In this document: piece by piece, positions 48,101 through 59,760 of the stretch
Numbering within the stretch: position 1 is the stretch's first letter
Layout: every line of letters starts with the position of its first letter
NCBI GenBank assembly: GCA_947577065.1
Contig: CANPTT010000005.1
Location: 6,101 to 70,100 of the forward strand
Direction of reading: 5' to 3'
DNA from: an uncultured Pseudoflavonifractor sp.
GTDB taxonomy: Bacteria; Bacillota; Clostridia; Oscillospirales; Oscillospiraceae
Length of the DNA stretch: 64,000 nt
Notes under the pieces: generated by a model
Seen by the model: only the letters and a program-made list of their open reading frames with translations
The model's database searches: none
What the model was told of the DNA's origin: nothing
Position numbers and translations under genes: made by a program

Positions 48101-48202
48101 TTGTAAAACGGGCTCTTTTCATTGCTATCACACGAGATTTTTGGTATAATGAATGAGATATACTACCTATAGAAATCACTGGGGAAATGAGTGAAAGCCG
48201 CT

Positions 48203-49522
48203 ATGAATTCAGCGCCCGAGATCTGGAAGAGAGTTCTCTCCCTTATGGAGACCGAACTGACCTCCACCACCCTGAGCACTTGGTTTGACGACGCCGAGGC
48301 CCTGTCTCTGGAAGCAGACCGGCTCGTCCTTTATACACCCACCGGCTTTAAGCGGGACATCATTGTCTCCCGCTATCTCTCCCATATCCAAAAGGCCCTC
48401 CGGGAGCTGTTTTCCGCCGAGCTTGAGGTGACCGTCCTGGCCGAGGGAGAGCGGGAAGATATTCAGCAGACTCAGGAGGACTCCTTCCTCCCCGGGACAG
48501 AGGAATACACCTTTGAGAAGTTTGTGGTAGGCTCCTCCAACAAGTTTGCCTATGCCGCAGCCCAAGCGGTGGCGCAGGCGCCGGGAAAGCCAAAGGGATA
48601 TAACCCTCTGTTTCTCTATGGAGAATCAGGGCTGGGAAAAACACACCTGCTTTACGCCATTGCCCACTCCATCCACGCCCAATATCCAGACTACCGCATC
48701 GTCTACATCAAGGGCGACGCCTTTACCAACGAACTGATCACCGCCATCCGGGAGGGCAGAAACCAGGAATTTCGGGAAAAGTACCGCTCCGCCGACGTAT
48801 TCCTTATGGATGACGTTCAGTTCATCGCCGGACGACAGGCCTCCCAGGAGGAGATGTTTCACACCTTTAACTCTCTTTATGAGGACGGAAAGCAGATCGT
48901 TTTTACCGCCGACCGCCCCCCCAAGGAGATGCTTCGGCTGGACGACCGGCTGAAAACCCGGTTTGAATGGGGACTTCCGGTAGACATCCAGCCTCCCGAT
49001 TATGAGACGAGAGTCGCCATCATCAAAAACAAAGCCATCCATCGGGGAATGAACCTTCCCGATCCGGTACTGCGGTACATTGCCGACAACATCACTTCCA
49101 ATGTGCGCCAGATTGAGGGCACGGTAAATAAGATCCTTGCCTTTCAGGAGTTGATGGGAGAGCAGGTGGATGTAGACACGGTGACAAGAGCCGTCCGGGA
49201 CATGTTTAAGGATAAGACGGAATTTCTCCCCTCTACCGAGGTCATTATTGAAGAGGTAGGAAAGTTCTATAACCTCTCCCCCCAGGATATCCGGGGACAG
49301 ACCCGGACCAAGGATGTGGCCCTGGCCCGCCAGGTGGCCATGTATGAGATCCGCCGGATGACAAATCTCTCTCTCAAGGAGATCGGGCAAGCCTTTGAGG
49401 GGCGGGACCACACCACGGTGATGCACTCCATCAAGCAGGTGGAGGCCATGACCAAGGAATCGCCTGAAATGGCAGAGATCATCAAGGATATCAACGCCAA
49501 TATCAATGCCAGATATGAATAG
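48203..49522 (+). CDS. dnaA: Replication initiator DnaA
   Basis: YNPLFLYGESGLGKTHL, DDVQF, QEEMFHTFN, RDHTTVMH; alternative GTG start 48191. Confidence 0.97.
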   Translation: MNSAPEIWKRVLSLMETELTSTTLSTWFDDAEALSLEADRLVLYTPTGFKRDIIVSRYLSHIQKALRELFSAELEVTVLAEGEREDIQQTQEDSFLPGTEEYTFEKFVVGSSNKFAYAAAQAVAQAPGKPKGYNPLFLYGESGLGKTHLLYAIAHSIHAQYPDYRIVYIKGDAFTNELITAIREGRNQEFREKYRSADVFLMDDVQFIAGRQASQEEMFHTFNSLYEDGKQIVFTADRPPKEMLRLDDRLKTRFEWGLPVDIQPPDYETRVAIIKNKAIHRGMNLPDPVLRYIADNITSNVRQIEGTVNKILAFQELMGEQVDVDTVTRAVRDMFKDKTEFLPSTEVIIEEVGKFYNLSPQDIRGQTRTKDVALARQVAMYEIRRMTNLSLKEIGQAFEGRDHTTVMHSIKQVEAMTKESPEMAEIIKDINANINARYE

Positions 49523-49559
49523 CGCCGCTCCGGACAGGCTCGGTCTTTTCCTTCTTGCG

Positions 49560-49770
49560 AGGGGAAAAGAACTTTCCACAAATCCACCGGAAAATGGGGA
49601 AATGTGAATAAACGAATGTGAATATCTTTTTTTCCTTCTTCTCCCTGTGGAAAACCTAAAATTCCATCCCCATGGGGTGTGGATGGGAAAACCCTGTCGT
49701 AGAAAGGGGTTTTTCCGATTTTCCACAAATCCACCCGGCCTAATACTATTACGATATCAATTAATTCTTC
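49560..49770. other. oriC: oriC unwinding region: DnaA boxes, GGCC, DnaA-trios
   Basis: Boxes at 49572, 49603 (TGTGAATAA), 49617, 49646 and 49719, then GGCC-TAATACTATTACGATAT 49737-49757. Confidence 0.88.
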
Positions 49771-49811
49771 TCCTCTCCTTTATGGAGAAAAAGAAAGAAT
49801 GGAGGCTCCCT

Positions 49812-50939
49812 ATGAAATTCTCCTGCGAAAAAGCTCTTTTGCAAGCGGCCATCTCCACCACCTCACGGGCTACTTCGCCCAAAAGTACGATCCCCGCTTT
49901 GGAAGGCATTCTTCTGGAGGCCGGCGGGGAACTGAGGTTTACCGGGTATAACCTGGAGACCGGGATCCAGACCATGGTCCCCGCCGAGATCCAGGAAAAG
50001 GGGTCCCTGGTCCTCTCCGCCAGAAAGTTTGCCGATGTGGTGGGGCAGCTTCCCGACGATACGGTAACGGTGACTACCGACGCTCTCACGGTCCATATCC
50101 AATGTGGGGCAACAGAGTATAATATCCCTGCCATCGATGCGGAGGAATTCCCCGAGCTTCCCGAGGTAGAGAGCCAGAGCGTTTTGACTCTGTCCCGGAG
50201 GCTTTTGTCCGACATGATCGGACGAACCATTTTTGCAGTGGCGACCAACGACGGCCGCCCCATTCTTACCGGCTCCCTTTTTGAGGTGACAGGCGGACAG
50301 TTGAATGTGGTCTCTGTAGATGGACAGAGGTTGGCCCTTCGGCGGGAAAAGCTGGAGAAGGCCCCCGCCGCGGATCTCTCCTTTGTGGTCCCCGGCTCCG
50401 CCTTGAAGGAGGTACGGACCATCTGCGGGGACGGAGAGGAGGAGGTCTCGATCCTGATCGGGACCCGGCATATTCTCTTCCGGCTGGAAAACACTCAGTT
50501 GGTGACCCGGCGGCTGGAGGGGGAATTTCTCAATTACCGCCAGTCCATCTCCTGGAAGAGCGACATCAGGCTTGTGGCGGACGTCCGCCAGCTTATGACC
50601 TCCATTAGTCGGGCCAGCGTTATTTTGAAGGAAAACAGCAAAAATCCCCTGCGGTGCATCGTAGGAGAGGGGGAGCTGTATCTCTCCTCTGTCACTGCCG
50701 CCGACGGGAACAGCTATGACGTCTGTCCTGTGGAGGGAAGCGGCAGCGACCTTCATATTGGCTTTAACCACCGGTTTATGATGGACGCGCTGAAGGCGGT
50801 CCCCACCGAGAAGGCGAAGCTTCTAATGGGGACCCCCTCCACTCCCTGTATCATTGTCCCCGTGGAGGAGCCCGAGGGGGAGGAGTCCTTCCTGTTTATG
50901 GTGCTGCCCGTTCGGATGAGCGCCACCTGGGATAAGTAA
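49812..50939 (+). CDS. dnaN: DNA polymerase III beta clamp
   Basis: [42 protein letters not shown]. Confidence 0.95.
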   Translation: MKFSCEKALLQAAISTTSRATSPKSTIPALEGILLEAGGELRFTGYNLETGIQTMVPAEIQEKGSLVLSARKFADVVGQLPDDTVTVTTDALTVHIQCGATEYNIPAIDAEEFPELPEVESQSVLTLSRRLLSDMIGRTIFAVATNDGRPILTGSLFEVTGGQLNVVSVDGQRLALRREKLEKAPAADLSFVVPGSALKEVRTICGDGEEEVSILIGTRHILFRLENTQLVTRRLEGEFLNYRQSISWKSDIRLVADVRQLMTSISRASVILKENSKNPLRCIVGEGELYLSSVTAADGNSYDVCPVEGSGSDLHIGFNHRFMMDALKAVPTEKAKLLMGTPSTPCIIVPVEEPEGEESFLFMVLPVRMSATWDK

Positions 50940-51009
50940 AAAACCCGGAGAGCAAGTCCGCCGAGGCGTTCTTGTGGATAGCGGGACAGCCCCCAAAGGA
51001 GGAGACGTT

Positions 51010-51213
51010 GTGGAAGTAAAGATCACCACCGAATTCATTAAGCTGGACGCTCTTTTGAAATTTGCCGGCGCGGTGGAGACCGGTGGAGAGGCCAAGCAGA
51101 TGATTCAGGACGGGCAGGTCTCGGTAAACGGAGAGGTCTGCACCATGCGGGGGAAAAAAATGCGGCCTGGGGACGCCGCGGAGCTGAGCGGCATGAGGAT
51201 ATTGGTCACATGA
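51010..51213 (+). CDS. yaaA: S4-domain RNA-binding protein YaaA/RlbA
   Basis: FIKLDALLK...TGGEAK..I..G.V.VNGE....RGKK. Confidence 0.92.
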   Translation: MEVKITTEFIKLDALLKFAGAVETGGEAKQMIQDGQVSVNGEVCTMRGKKMRPGDAAELSGMRILVT

Positions 51214-52313
51214 TCCTGAAACGCATGGAGCTGGATTTTTTCCGCAATTATGTCCATGGGGAGCTGATCTTTTCTCCCGGGGTCAACGTGATCTGGGGAG
51301 AAAATGCCCAGGGCAAGACCAATCTTTTGGAGGCCGCCGGATATCTCTCCTCCTGTCGGAGCCACCGGGCCCGGTATGACAGAGAGCTGATCCAATTTGG
51401 AGTGGACCACGCCTTTATAAAGGGAGAGGTGTTTTCCCGTCAACGGGATTTTACATTGGAAGCCCGGCTTCACCGGGGGGAGCGGAGACAGCTGTTCTCC
51501 AATGGGGTGAGGCTGAGATCCGCAGGGGAGTTGGGAGAGGTCCTGAACACCATTCTGTTTTGCCCCGAGGATCTGTCTCTCATTCGGGATGGCGCCTCTG
51601 AACGACGGCGCTTTTTGGACGACGCCATTTGTCAGCTCCGTCCAAAATACGCGGTGGCCTTGGGGGAATATAAAAAGCTCTATGAGCAAAAGACCCGGAT
51701 CCTTCGGGACTGGGAGGAAAAGCCTTCCCTGCTGGATACCCTGGATGATTTCAACTTAAGAATGGCCCAGGTGGGGGCGGTGCTCATTCATTATCGGGCT
51801 CATTTTGTCAAACGGCTTGCCGCCCTGGCCCCCCCCATCCAGTCCGATTTTTCCGGGGGCCGGGAGCAGCTGGGCCTTCGCTATGAGACGGTGAGCACCG
51901 TGGCCGATCCCGAGGCGGCCCCCAAGGCCATTTTGGGACAGCTTTTGGAGCATCAGCAAAGTCACCGGAGGGCCGAGCTGGATTCCCGGCAGTGTCTTTC
52001 CGGACCTCACAAGGACGACCTTTTGGTGGAGGTGGACGGGCGCGGCGCCCGGCAGTTTGCCTCCCAGGGGCAAACCAGGACGGCGGCCCTGTCTCTGAAG
52101 CTGGCATGCCGGGAGCTGTTTCGGGAGGATACGGAGGAGTGGCCTGTGCTGCTTCTGGACGATGTGCTCTCTGAGCTGGACGCGAAACGCCAGAGTTTTG
52201 TATTGGAGCGCATTGACGGAGGACAGGTCCTGATCACCTGCTGCGAGGAGGATAAAAGCGTCCCCGTCAGCGGAAAACGGTTTGAGATCAGGGACGGGAC
52301 GGTGGGGCAATAA
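51210..52313 (+). CDS. recF: DNA replication/repair protein RecF
   Basis: [37 protein letters not shown]. Confidence 0.96.
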   Translation: MILKRMELDFFRNYVHGELIFSPGVNVIWGENAQGKTNLLEAAGYLSSCRSHRARYDRELIQFGVDHAFIKGEVFSRQRDFTLEARLHRGERRQLFSNGVRLRSAGELGEVLNTILFCPEDLSLIRDGASERRRFLDDAICQLRPKYAVALGEYKKLYEQKTRILRDWEEKPSLLDTLDDFNLRMAQVGAVLIHYRAHFVKRLAALAPPIQSDFSGGREQLGLRYETVSTVADPEAAPKAILGQLLEHQQSHRRAELDSRQCLSGPHKDDLLVEVDGRGARQFASQGQTRTAALSLKLACRELFREDTEEWPVLLLDDVLSELDAKRQSFVLERIDGGQVLITCCEEDKSVPVSGKRFEIRDGTVGQ

Positions 52314-52367
52314 AGGCGGAGATGCTCCGCCGGCCTTAAATAAAGATCCTTTTTCAGGAGGCAGATC

Positions 52368-52637
52368 ATGGGATTTTTTATTCTTTTCTTTCTGGTCCTT
52401 GCCGCTCTGGAATTTTTCCTGGTGACCCGTCCCGGTAGGGCCAGGTTTTTTGCTGTGATCCCTCCCGCTTCCGCCCTCTTCTTTTGGCTGGACCGGCAAA
52501 GCTACTGGACCGCGGCGGATCCGAGCCACAGCGTGGGCTCCTCTCTGGAGCTGATGCTGGTGGGGACTTGGGCGGCGGGGGCTATCGTGGGAGCGGTGGC
52601 AGGTCTTATCTGGAATCGAAAGAGGGGCCGGGGATGA
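52368..52637 (+). CDS. Small 3-TM membrane protein
   Basis: RBS GGAGG, three hydrophobic segments, basic tail. Confidence 0.7.
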   Translation: MGFFILFFLVLAALEFFLVTRPGRARFFAVIPPASALFFWLDRQSYWTAADPSHSVGSSLELMLVGTWAAGAIVGAVAGLIWNRKRGRG

Positions 52638-52945
52638 TTTTTCTGCTGCTTTTTGCCCTGCCCGCTCTGGCGGTCCTGGTTGCGGAATACGCCGTGTGCC
52701 GGTTTCCCAAGCGGCGCTTCTGGCGGGGGCTGCCTCCCCTTTTGACCGCGGCGGGGACCGCTGTCGTGGCCCTTCACCGTTACCATGGCTGGAGCAGCGG
52801 AGCGGATAAGGCCCCCTGGGAGCAGCTGCTTTTCATCCCGGGTCTTCCCGCGCTGGGCGCCCTGTTTGGGGCGTATTTGGGATGGAGACTGTGGAAGCGG
52901 CTGTGGCTGCCCCGGGTGGTAAAGGACAGACCGGGGGGGACGTAA
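52634..52945 (+). CDS. Small 3-TM membrane protein
   Basis: ATGA overlap with the previous gene; similar layout. Confidence 0.7.
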   Translation: MIFLLLFALPALAVLVAEYAVCRFPKRRFWRGLPPLLTAAGTAVVALHRYHGWSSGADKAPWEQLLFIPGLPALGALFGAYLGWRLWKRLWLPRVVKDRPGGT

Positions 52946-52993
52946 ACATATTTCATCTGATGCTGGTGCTCCGCCAATGGAGGGGAGGTCAGG

Positions 52994-53257
52994 ATGTACT
53001 TACACCTTGGACAGGCGGTGGTGGTCCCGGAGAGGGACATCATCGGGATCTTTGATCTGGACAACGCCTCCTGGTCTCCCCGTACCCGACGGTTTTTGGA
53101 GCGGGCCGAGAAGGAGGGCCGGGTGGTGAACGCTGCCAGCGATCTGCCCAAGTCTTTCGTCCTGCGGCAAAAGCGGGATAAGACCAGCCTTGTGTATCTC
53201 TCCCAACTCTCCTCGGCAACATTAAAGGGCCGGGCGGAGGGAGGATGGATGGAATAG
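52994..53257 (+). CDS. remB: RemB/YaaB (DUF370) family protein
   Basis: MYLHLG..VV...DIIGIFDLD, PKSFV, YLSQLS..TL..R. Confidence 0.9.
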   Translation: MYLHLGQAVVVPERDIIGIFDLDNASWSPRTRRFLERAEKEGRVVNAASDLPKSFVLRQKRDKTSLVYLSQLSSATLKGRAEGGWME

Positions 53258-53376
53258 GAGCGGCGGAACAGCTTTGGTATGCCAAATGATGCCGGAGAAG
53301 AGCGGAATGGATCTGAGTACGGCGGGGAGCGGGGGAAAACCTCTTGAGGCAAGGGGCTTTCCCGTGCTTCCCGGCA

Positions 53377-53485
53377 AGGGGCCCCCGACAAAGGCTTGTC
53401 CTTTGTTGGGGAGAGGAGAAACAGCGAAATGAGAGACCCCCTGGCCTTTGGGCCGGGAGGAGCGATATGGAGCTTGTTTCGACGA
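53377..53485. repeat. Structured intergenic element (candidate interspersed repeat or leader RNA)
   Basis: Hairpins CCCCGACAAAGG/CCTTTGTTGGGG, CTGGCC/GGCCGG, GAAACAGC/GCTTGTTTC. Confidence 0.4.
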
Positions 53486-53498
53486 TTAGGAGGTTATT

Positions 53499-55478
53499 AT
53501 GAGCGAGGAACTGATGAAGGAAGAATTAAAAAGGGAACAGGACTGGGAGGACAGCGTCACCCAGACCGAGCATGAGTACGGCGGCTCGGAAATTCAGGTA
53601 CTGGAGGGGCTGGAGGCCGTCCGGAAGCGGCCCGGCATGTATATCGGCTCCACCTCCGCCTCGGGCCTGCACCACCTGGTCTACGAGATCGTGGACAATG
53701 CCATCGACGAGGCTCTGGCGGGCTACTGCAAACACATCACCGTGGACATTCTTCCGGACAACGTCATCAAGGTCACCGACGACGGCCGGGGCGTTCCCGT
53801 GGATATCCAGCCCCAGACCGGGCGGCCCGCTCTGGAGGTGGTGTACACCGTCCTCCACGCCGGCGGTAAGTTCGGCGGCGGCGGCTACAAGGTCTCCGGC
53901 GGCCTTCACGGCGTGGGCGGCAGCGTGGTCAACGCCCTGTCCGAATGGATGGAGGTCCGGGTACACAAAAACGGCAATATCTACGAGGTGAAGTTCGCCC
54001 GGGGGGCCATGACCCAGGAGATGACCATCATCGGCTCCACCGACAAAACGGGTACCGAGGTGGTCTTCAAGCCCGACCCGGAGATGTTTACCGAAACCAC
54101 CGAGTACGACTACGACGTGCTCCACACCCGGATGCGGGAGGAGGCCTTCCTTAACGCCGGGCTCCACATCACCATCTCCGACCAGCGGGGGGAGGAGCCG
54201 GTGAGCGAGGCCATGTGCTTTGAGGGCGGTATCCGGGAGTTTGTCACCTTCCTCAACCGGAACAAGACCGCCCTCCACGAGGGAGTCATCTATGTCTCCG
54301 GCCAGAAGGACGACGCCATGGCGGAGCTGGCCTTCCAGTATAACGACAGCTATAACGAGACCATCCTCTCCTTCGCCAACAACGTCCACACCCCCGAAGG
54401 GGGTATGCATGAGGACGGCTTCAAGCGGGCCCTCACCGCCGTTCTCAACAACTACGGCAAGAAATATAAGATCCTGAAAGACGAGGACAAGGTCTCCGGC
54501 GAGGACTGCCGGGAGGGCCTGTGCTGCGTCATTTCCGTCAAGCTCACCGAGGCCCAGTTCGAGGGTCAGACCAAGGCCAAGCTGGGCAACAGCGAGATCC
54601 GGACCCTGGTCAACGCCATCGTCACCGAGAAGCTCACCGAATTCCTGGAGGAGAACCCTGCCATCGGCCGGGCCATCCTGGACAAGGCCCTCACCGCCAA
54701 CCGGGCCAGGGAGGCGGCCCGGAAGGCCCGGGAGTCGGTGCGCCGCAAGACCGCTTTGGGCGGCGCGGCCATGCCCGACAAGCTCCGGGACTGCAACATC
54801 AACGACCCCACGGTGACCGAGATCTACATCGTGGAGGGCGACTCCGCCGGCGGCTCGGCCACCCAGGGCCGGGACTCCCAGTTCCAGGCGATCCTCCCCC
54901 TGTGGGGGAAGATGCTCAACGTGGAGAAGGCCCGGGCGGACAAGGTCTATGGCAACGACAAGCTCCAGCCCGTCATCACCGCCCTGGGGGCGGGCATCGG
55001 GGAGGAGTTTGACATCAACAAACTCCGGTATCACAAGATCATTATCATGGCGGATGCCGACGTGGACGGCGCCCACATCCGCACCCTGCTGCTCACCTTC
55101 TTCTTCCGCTTTATGCGGCCCCTGGTGGAGGAGGGCTATGTCTACTCCGCCGTGCCCCCCCTCTTTAAGCTCAGCCGGGGCAAGACGGTGCGCCTGGCTT
55201 TCTCTGAGGAGGAGCGGGACGCCATCTCCGCCGAGCTGCGGGGAGATAACCCCAACGCCAAGGTGGATATCTCCCGGTTCAAGGGTCTGGGCGAGATGGA
55301 CCCCCATGAGCTTTGGGAGACCACCATGGATCCCGAGAAGCGGACCCTGCGGCGGATCACCCTGGACGACGCGGTAGCCGCCGACGAGACCTTCACCGTC
55401 CTTATGGGGGAGAAGGTGGAGCCGAGAAAAGAGTTCATCGAGCGCAACGCCAAGTACGCCGTCAATCTGGACTACTAA
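53499..55478 (+). CDS. gyrB: DNA gyrase subunit B
   Basis: [40 protein letters not shown]. Confidence 0.96.
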   Translation: MSEELMKEELKREQDWEDSVTQTEHEYGGSEIQVLEGLEAVRKRPGMYIGSTSASGLHHLVYEIVDNAIDEALAGYCKHITVDILPDNVIKVTDDGRGVPVDIQPQTGRPALEVVYTVLHAGGKFGGGGYKVSGGLHGVGGSVVNALSEWMEVRVHKNGNIYEVKFARGAMTQEMTIIGSTDKTGTEVVFKPDPEMFTETTEYDYDVLHTRMREEAFLNAGLHITISDQRGEEPVSEAMCFEGGIREFVTFLNRNKTALHEGVIYVSGQKDDAMAELAFQYNDSYNETILSFANNVHTPEGGMHEDGFKRALTAVLNNYGKKYKILKDEDKVSGEDCREGLCCVISVKLTEAQFEGQTKAKLGNSEIRTLVNAIVTEKLTEFLEENPAIGRAILDKALTANRAREAARKARESVRRKTALGGAAMPDKLRDCNINDPTVTEIYIVEGDSAGGSATQGRDSQFQAILPLWGKMLNVEKARADKVYGNDKLQPVITALGAGIGEEFDINKLRYHKIIIMADADVDGAHIRTLLLTFFFRFMRPLVEEGYVYSAVPPLFKLSRGKTVRLAFSEEERDAISAELRGDNPNAKVDISRFKGLGEMDPHELWETTMDPEKRTLRRITLDDAVAADETFTVLMGEKVEPRKEFIERNAKYAVNLDY

Positions 55479-55493
55479 GGAGGCGAATGACCA

Positions 55494-58016
55494 ATGGCAA
55501 CCAAGCAGAGAAACCACGTGGATCCGGAGGAATTTCGCTATCCGGATCAGATCATTCAGGAGTCCCCTCTGGTTCCTGAGATGGAGCAGAGCTACATCGA
55601 GTACGCCATGAGCGTCATCAAGGGCCGGGCCCTGCCCGATGTGCGGGACGGCCTGAAGCCTGTCCATAGACGTATCCTCTACGCTATGTACGAGGACAAC
55701 CTGACCCACGACAAGCCCTTCAAGAAGTCGGCCACCTGCGTGGGCGACGTGCTGGGCCGGTACCACCCCCACGGGGACCAGTCTGTCTACGACGCCCTGG
55801 TCCGTCTGGCCCAGGACTTCTCCATGCGCTATATGCTGGTGGAGGGCCACGGCAACTTCGGCTCGGTGGACGGCGATCCCCCGGCGGCCTACCGGTACAC
55901 CGAGGCCCGGCTGTCCAAAATTTCCGAGGAAATTCTCCGGGATTTGGAGAAGGAGACGGTGGACTGGGATCCCAACTTTGACGAGACCCGGAAGGAGCCC
56001 CGTGTCCTTCCCTGCCGGTTCCCCAACCTGCTGGTAAACGGCTCCTCGGGCATCGCCGTGGGTATGGCCACCAACATCCCCCCCCACAACCTGCGGGAGG
56101 TGATCGGGGCCTGCATCAAGGTGCTGGACGACCCCGAGTGCACCCTTCCCGACCTGATGGAGTGCGTCAAAGGCCCCGATTTCCCCACCAGCGGCATCAT
56201 CATGGGCCGCAGCGGCATTCGCTCGGCCTACGCCACCGGACGGGGCAAGGTCATCGTCCGGGCAAGGACGGAGTTTGAGGAGTACGGTAAGGACCGGATC
56301 CGCATCATCGTCACCGAGCTTCCCTATCAGGTCAACAAGCGGATGCTCATCAAGTCCATGGCAGAGCAGGTGGAGGATAAGCGCCTGGAGGGCATCTCCG
56401 ACATCCGGGACGAGACCGACCGCAACGGCATGCGGATCGTCATCGAGCTCAAGCGGGACGCCAACCCCCAGGTGGTGCTCAACCGCCTGTTCTCCCAGAC
56501 CCAGCTCCAGTCCTCCTTCGCCATCAATATGCTGGCCCTGGTGGACGACCAGTCCCAGCCGAAAATTCTGTCCCTGCGGCACATCATCGACGAGTACCTG
56601 AAATTCCAGGAGGAGATCATCGTCCGCCGCACCCAGTACGACCTGCGGAAAGCCCAGGAGCGGGCCCATCTGCTGGAGGGTCTGCTGGTGGCTCAGGACA
56701 ACATTGACGAGGTCATCAAGATCATCCGCTCCTCCTACGACAACGCCAAGGAGAACCTGATGACCCGCTTTGGCCTGGACGACGTCCAGGCCCAGGCCAT
56801 CTGTGATATGCGCCTTATCGCCCTCCAGGGCCTGAACCGGGAGAAGCTGGAGAACGAGTACAAGGAGCTGGAGGAGCGCATCGCCTACTACAACCAGGTC
56901 CTCTCCGACGAGGGTATGGTGAAGGGGATCCTGAAGGAGGAGCTCACCGCCGTGGCCGACAAGTACGGCGACGAGCGGCGCACTGAGATCCAGGACGTGG
57001 AGGACGAGATCGACATCGAGGATCTCATCGAGGAGGAGGACTGCGCCTTCACCCTCACCGCCGGGGGCTACATCAAGCGCCTGCCCGTGTCCACCTACCG
57101 GACCCAGAAGCGGGGGGGCAAGGGCATCACCGCCATGGCCACCAAGGAGGAGGACTATGTGGATACGGTCTTCACCGCCTCCACCCATGACTATATTCTC
57201 TTCTTCACCAACATGGGCAAGGTACACCGGAAGAAGGGCTACCAGATCCCCGAGTCGGGCCGCACCGCCAAGGGAACCGCCATGGTGAACGTGCTGCCCC
57301 TGGAAGCGGAGGAAAAGGTCACTGCCATGATCCACCTGCGGGAGTTCCCCGAGGACAAATACCTGATGATGGTCACCCGGAAGGGCACGGTGAAGCGGAT
57401 CCAGCTCTCCTCCATCTTCACCGCCCGGAAGGCGGGCATCCGCTGTATCACCCTGGATCCCGACGACGAGCTCATCGCCGTCCGGGAGACCGACGGAGAC
57501 GCCGCCATCCTTCTGGCTACCCATGAGGGCATGAGCATCTGCTTTAAGGAGACCGACGTGCGCTGCATGGGCCGGGACGCCTGCGGCGTCATGGGTATCC
57601 GCCTGCGCCAGGGGGACTATGTGGTGGGGGCCGCCCGGGCCAAGCGGGAGCACTATGTCCTGATGGTCACCGAAAACGGCTACGGCAAGCGCACCGAGAT
57701 GGACGAGTATATCCGGGGCGACGGGCCCCAGAAGCGGGGCGGCTATGGACTGAAGGGCTATAACTGCACCGATAAGACCGGTCCCCTGGTGGGGCTCAAG
57801 GTGGTGGGCGACAATGACGATGTGCTGGTCATTAACGACGCCGGCGTCATCATCCGCATGGCCTGCGATGGGATCAGCTGCTACAGCCGGGGCGCCCAGG
57901 GCGTAAAGCTGATGAATCTGGCCGAGGGGGTCAAGGTCATCTCCATCGCCCGAACCGACCATGAGGAGGAGACCGGGGAGCCTGCCCAGGAGGCCGGGGC
58001 GCCGGAAGAAGAATAA
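55494..58016 (+). CDS. gyrA: DNA gyrase subunit A
   Basis: [19 protein letters not shown], GyrA box QKRGGKG. Confidence 0.96.
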   Translation: MATKQRNHVDPEEFRYPDQIIQESPLVPEMEQSYIEYAMSVIKGRALPDVRDGLKPVHRRILYAMYEDNLTHDKPFKKSATCVGDVLGRYHPHGDQSVYDALVRLAQDFSMRYMLVEGHGNFGSVDGDPPAAYRYTEARLSKISEEILRDLEKETVDWDPNFDETRKEPRVLPCRFPNLLVNGSSGIAVGMATNIPPHNLREVIGACIKVLDDPECTLPDLMECVKGPDFPTSGIIMGRSGIRSAYATGRGKVIVRARTEFEEYGKDRIRIIVTELPYQVNKRMLIKSMAEQVEDKRLEGISDIRDETDRNGMRIVIELKRDANPQVVLNRLFSQTQLQSSFAINMLALVDDQSQPKILSLRHIIDEYLKFQEEIIVRRTQYDLRKAQERAHLLEGLLVAQDNIDEVIKIIRSSYDNAKENLMTRFGLDDVQAQAICDMRLIALQGLNREKLENEYKELEERIAYYNQVLSDEGMVKGILKEELTAVADKYGDERRTEIQDVEDEIDIEDLIEEEDCAFTLTAGGYIKRLPVSTYRTQKRGGKGITAMATKEEDYVDTVFTASTHDYILFFTNMGKVHRKKGYQIPESGRTAKGTAMVNVLPLEAEEKVTAMIHLREFPEDKYLMMVTRKGTVKRIQLSSIFTARKAGIRCITLDPDDELIAVRETDGDAAILLATHEGMSICFKETDVRCMGRDACGVMGIRLRQGDYVVGAARAKREHYVLMVTENGYGKRTEMDEYIRGDGPQKRGGYGLKGYNCTDKTGPLVGLKVVGDNDDVLVINDAGVIIRMACDGISCYSRGAQGVKLMNLAEGVKVISIARTDHEEETGEPAQEAGAPEEE

Positions 58017-58073
58017 AGTAAAGTGGGCCGCCTGCCTGGGCGGCCCACTCCCCACCCTCGGGGAGGCGAGTAT

Positions 58074-58415
58074 ATGAAACGCAAAATAACCTATCGGCCC
58101 AGCAAAGCCCAGTCGGTTTTTGGCGGCGTGGTGGGCGTGATCTTTGTGTTAATCGGCCTGTTTGTGGCCATCCCCCAGGCGGGGTTGTTCGGCCTTTTCT
58201 GGACCGGCGTTGCCGTGATCATCACGGGGATGAATTTTTACCATGCCTTCGGCAAGGGCTATATCGGCCCCGACATTGAGATCACGGACGACGCCCAGTC
58301 CCCCATGGAGAGCCCGGAGGACCGGCTGAAAAAGCTCCAATCCCTCTATGACCAGCGCCTCATCACCCCACAGGAGTATGAGGAAAAGCGGCGGGAGATC
58401 CTGAGGGAGCTATGA
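58074..58415 (+). CDS. Two-TM protein with C-terminal SHOCT domain
   Basis: RLKKLQSLYDQRLITPQEYEEKRREIL. Confidence 0.82.
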   Translation: MKRKITYRPSKAQSVFGGVVGVIFVLIGLFVAIPQAGLFGLFWTGVAVIITGMNFYHAFGKGYIGPDIEITDDAQSPMESPEDRLKKLQSLYDQRLITPQEYEEKRREILREL

Positions 58416-58708
58416 GACCGGAGCCCATTGAGCCCTATTGGCTGTGGCAGGGCAGAACGTTTTTCTGGAGCCTGGGGCTGATGGGCGTGCTTGCGTTTCT
58501 CGGCAGCTTTTTGGAGATGGCGAAGGGCCTTCGGGAGGCCATAGCCATGGCGGTCCTGGGAGCCGGTCCGGCGGCCTTCTGCGGGGCTACCATACTTCCC
58601 TTTGGGGCGTCGCTTTTGATGCTGGTTCTGAGGCACAGGCGAAAAAAAGAGACGGAGAAGACTTTTCCCGGGAAGGGAAAAGATTTTATAAAAAAGGAAA
58701 GAGGATGA
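58412..58708 (+). CDS. Small hypothetical membrane protein
   Basis: ATGA overlap with the previous gene, hydrophobic segments. Confidence 0.55.
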   Translation: MRPEPIEPYWLWQGRTFFWSLGLMGVLAFLGSFLEMAKGLREAIAMAVLGAGPAAFCGATILPFGASLLMLVLRHRRKKETEKTFPGKGKDFIKKERG

Positions 58709-58713
58709 CAGAT

Positions 58714-59745
58714 ATGCATACAAACCTTTGGAAGAAAACGGCGGCCCTTGGCCTGACCGCGGCCCTGCTGCTGTCCGGCTGCGGCGGGGGAAAGGAAAAG
58801 GAGCCGGAGCCTACCCCCACCCCCACCCCTACCCCCGCGGCGGAGAGCAAGGCCCCCGTGGACTTCAGCAAATATAACGCCTATCTGGGACTGGCGGACG
58901 CGCTCTATGAGATGGAGGAGGTCCTGGAGGCCTACTTTGCAAGCGTGAATTACGCCCCTGAGTTTGCTCTTGTGGAGGGCGGGGACTATGCCGCCATCAA
59001 GGACACGTTCCAATTTTATACCCCGGATACATATCCGGCCAGGGAGGCACTGGAGTACGTGGAGGAGGAGCCCGCCTACCCCGCCGCGGATGAGGCGGTG
59101 AAAAACCTGGGCTCCAGCCCCGCCGACGTGATGGGGGCGCTGAACCATATCGCCTCCTACGTGCGCTTCAACGAGTTTGAGGATGACGGCATGGCCAAGG
59201 CCCCAGAACTTCACGCCGAGCTGTGGACGGCGCTGGAGACATACGATCAGTATTACGGCGTCTTCCTCACGGCCATGGACGATCTGGCGGAGCAGACCCA
59301 GGCGGAGGATCTGGCCCAGCTTTTGGAGGAGGGAGAGCAGATCCTTTACTACTCCCGGTCCCTGCTTGAGACCGGCAGCGACATTTTGGAAAATATTATG
59401 GACCAGCTGACAATGGCCGCGGCGGTGACAGACCCCGGCGCGGACTTTGTCCCGCCCGTACTGGATATGACGGGCCTTGCCGATCTGTTCGCCCAGGTCC
59501 AGACCGACTATGAGGGCTTGTCTCAGGCCCTGGAAAGCCAGGAGGAGCGGGAAAAGATCCAGTCCTTTACCGGCACCGCGGGGGACAGCTCTCTGAAGCT
59601 GTATACCTCAAAGGCCACCGCCCTCTATGGCGCCATGGGACAACTGGCGGAGGCCGCCATGGCAGGGACCGACTACACCGCCGCCTTTGACGCCGCCGCC
59701 GATGCTCTCAACGGTATGGTGGACCAATATAACCGGGTCATTTAA
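58714..59745 (+). CDS. Acidic helical lipoprotein (YiiG/DUF3829-like)
   Basis: Lipobox LSGC, PT linker, KYNAY..L, F.DD...KA..LH, final YN; alternative start 58705. Confidence 0.7.
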   Translation: MHTNLWKKTAALGLTAALLLSGCGGGKEKEPEPTPTPTPTPAAESKAPVDFSKYNAYLGLADALYEMEEVLEAYFASVNYAPEFALVEGGDYAAIKDTFQFYTPDTYPAREALEYVEEEPAYPAADEAVKNLGSSPADVMGALNHIASYVRFNEFEDDGMAKAPELHAELWTALETYDQYYGVFLTAMDDLAEQTQAEDLAQLLEEGEQILYYSRSLLETGSDILENIMDQLTMAAAVTDPGADFVPPVLDMTGLADLFAQVQTDYEGLSQALESQEEREKIQSFTGTAGDSSLKLYTSKATALYGAMGQLAEAAMAGTDYTAAFDAAADALNGMVDQYNRVI

Positions 59746-59760
59746 ATAGGGGGGGCGGCC

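Noticed and set aside
53526-58055. 1509-aa minus-strand ORF
   Set aside because: Antisense shadow of gyrB-gyrA caused by high GC3; no motifs or RBS
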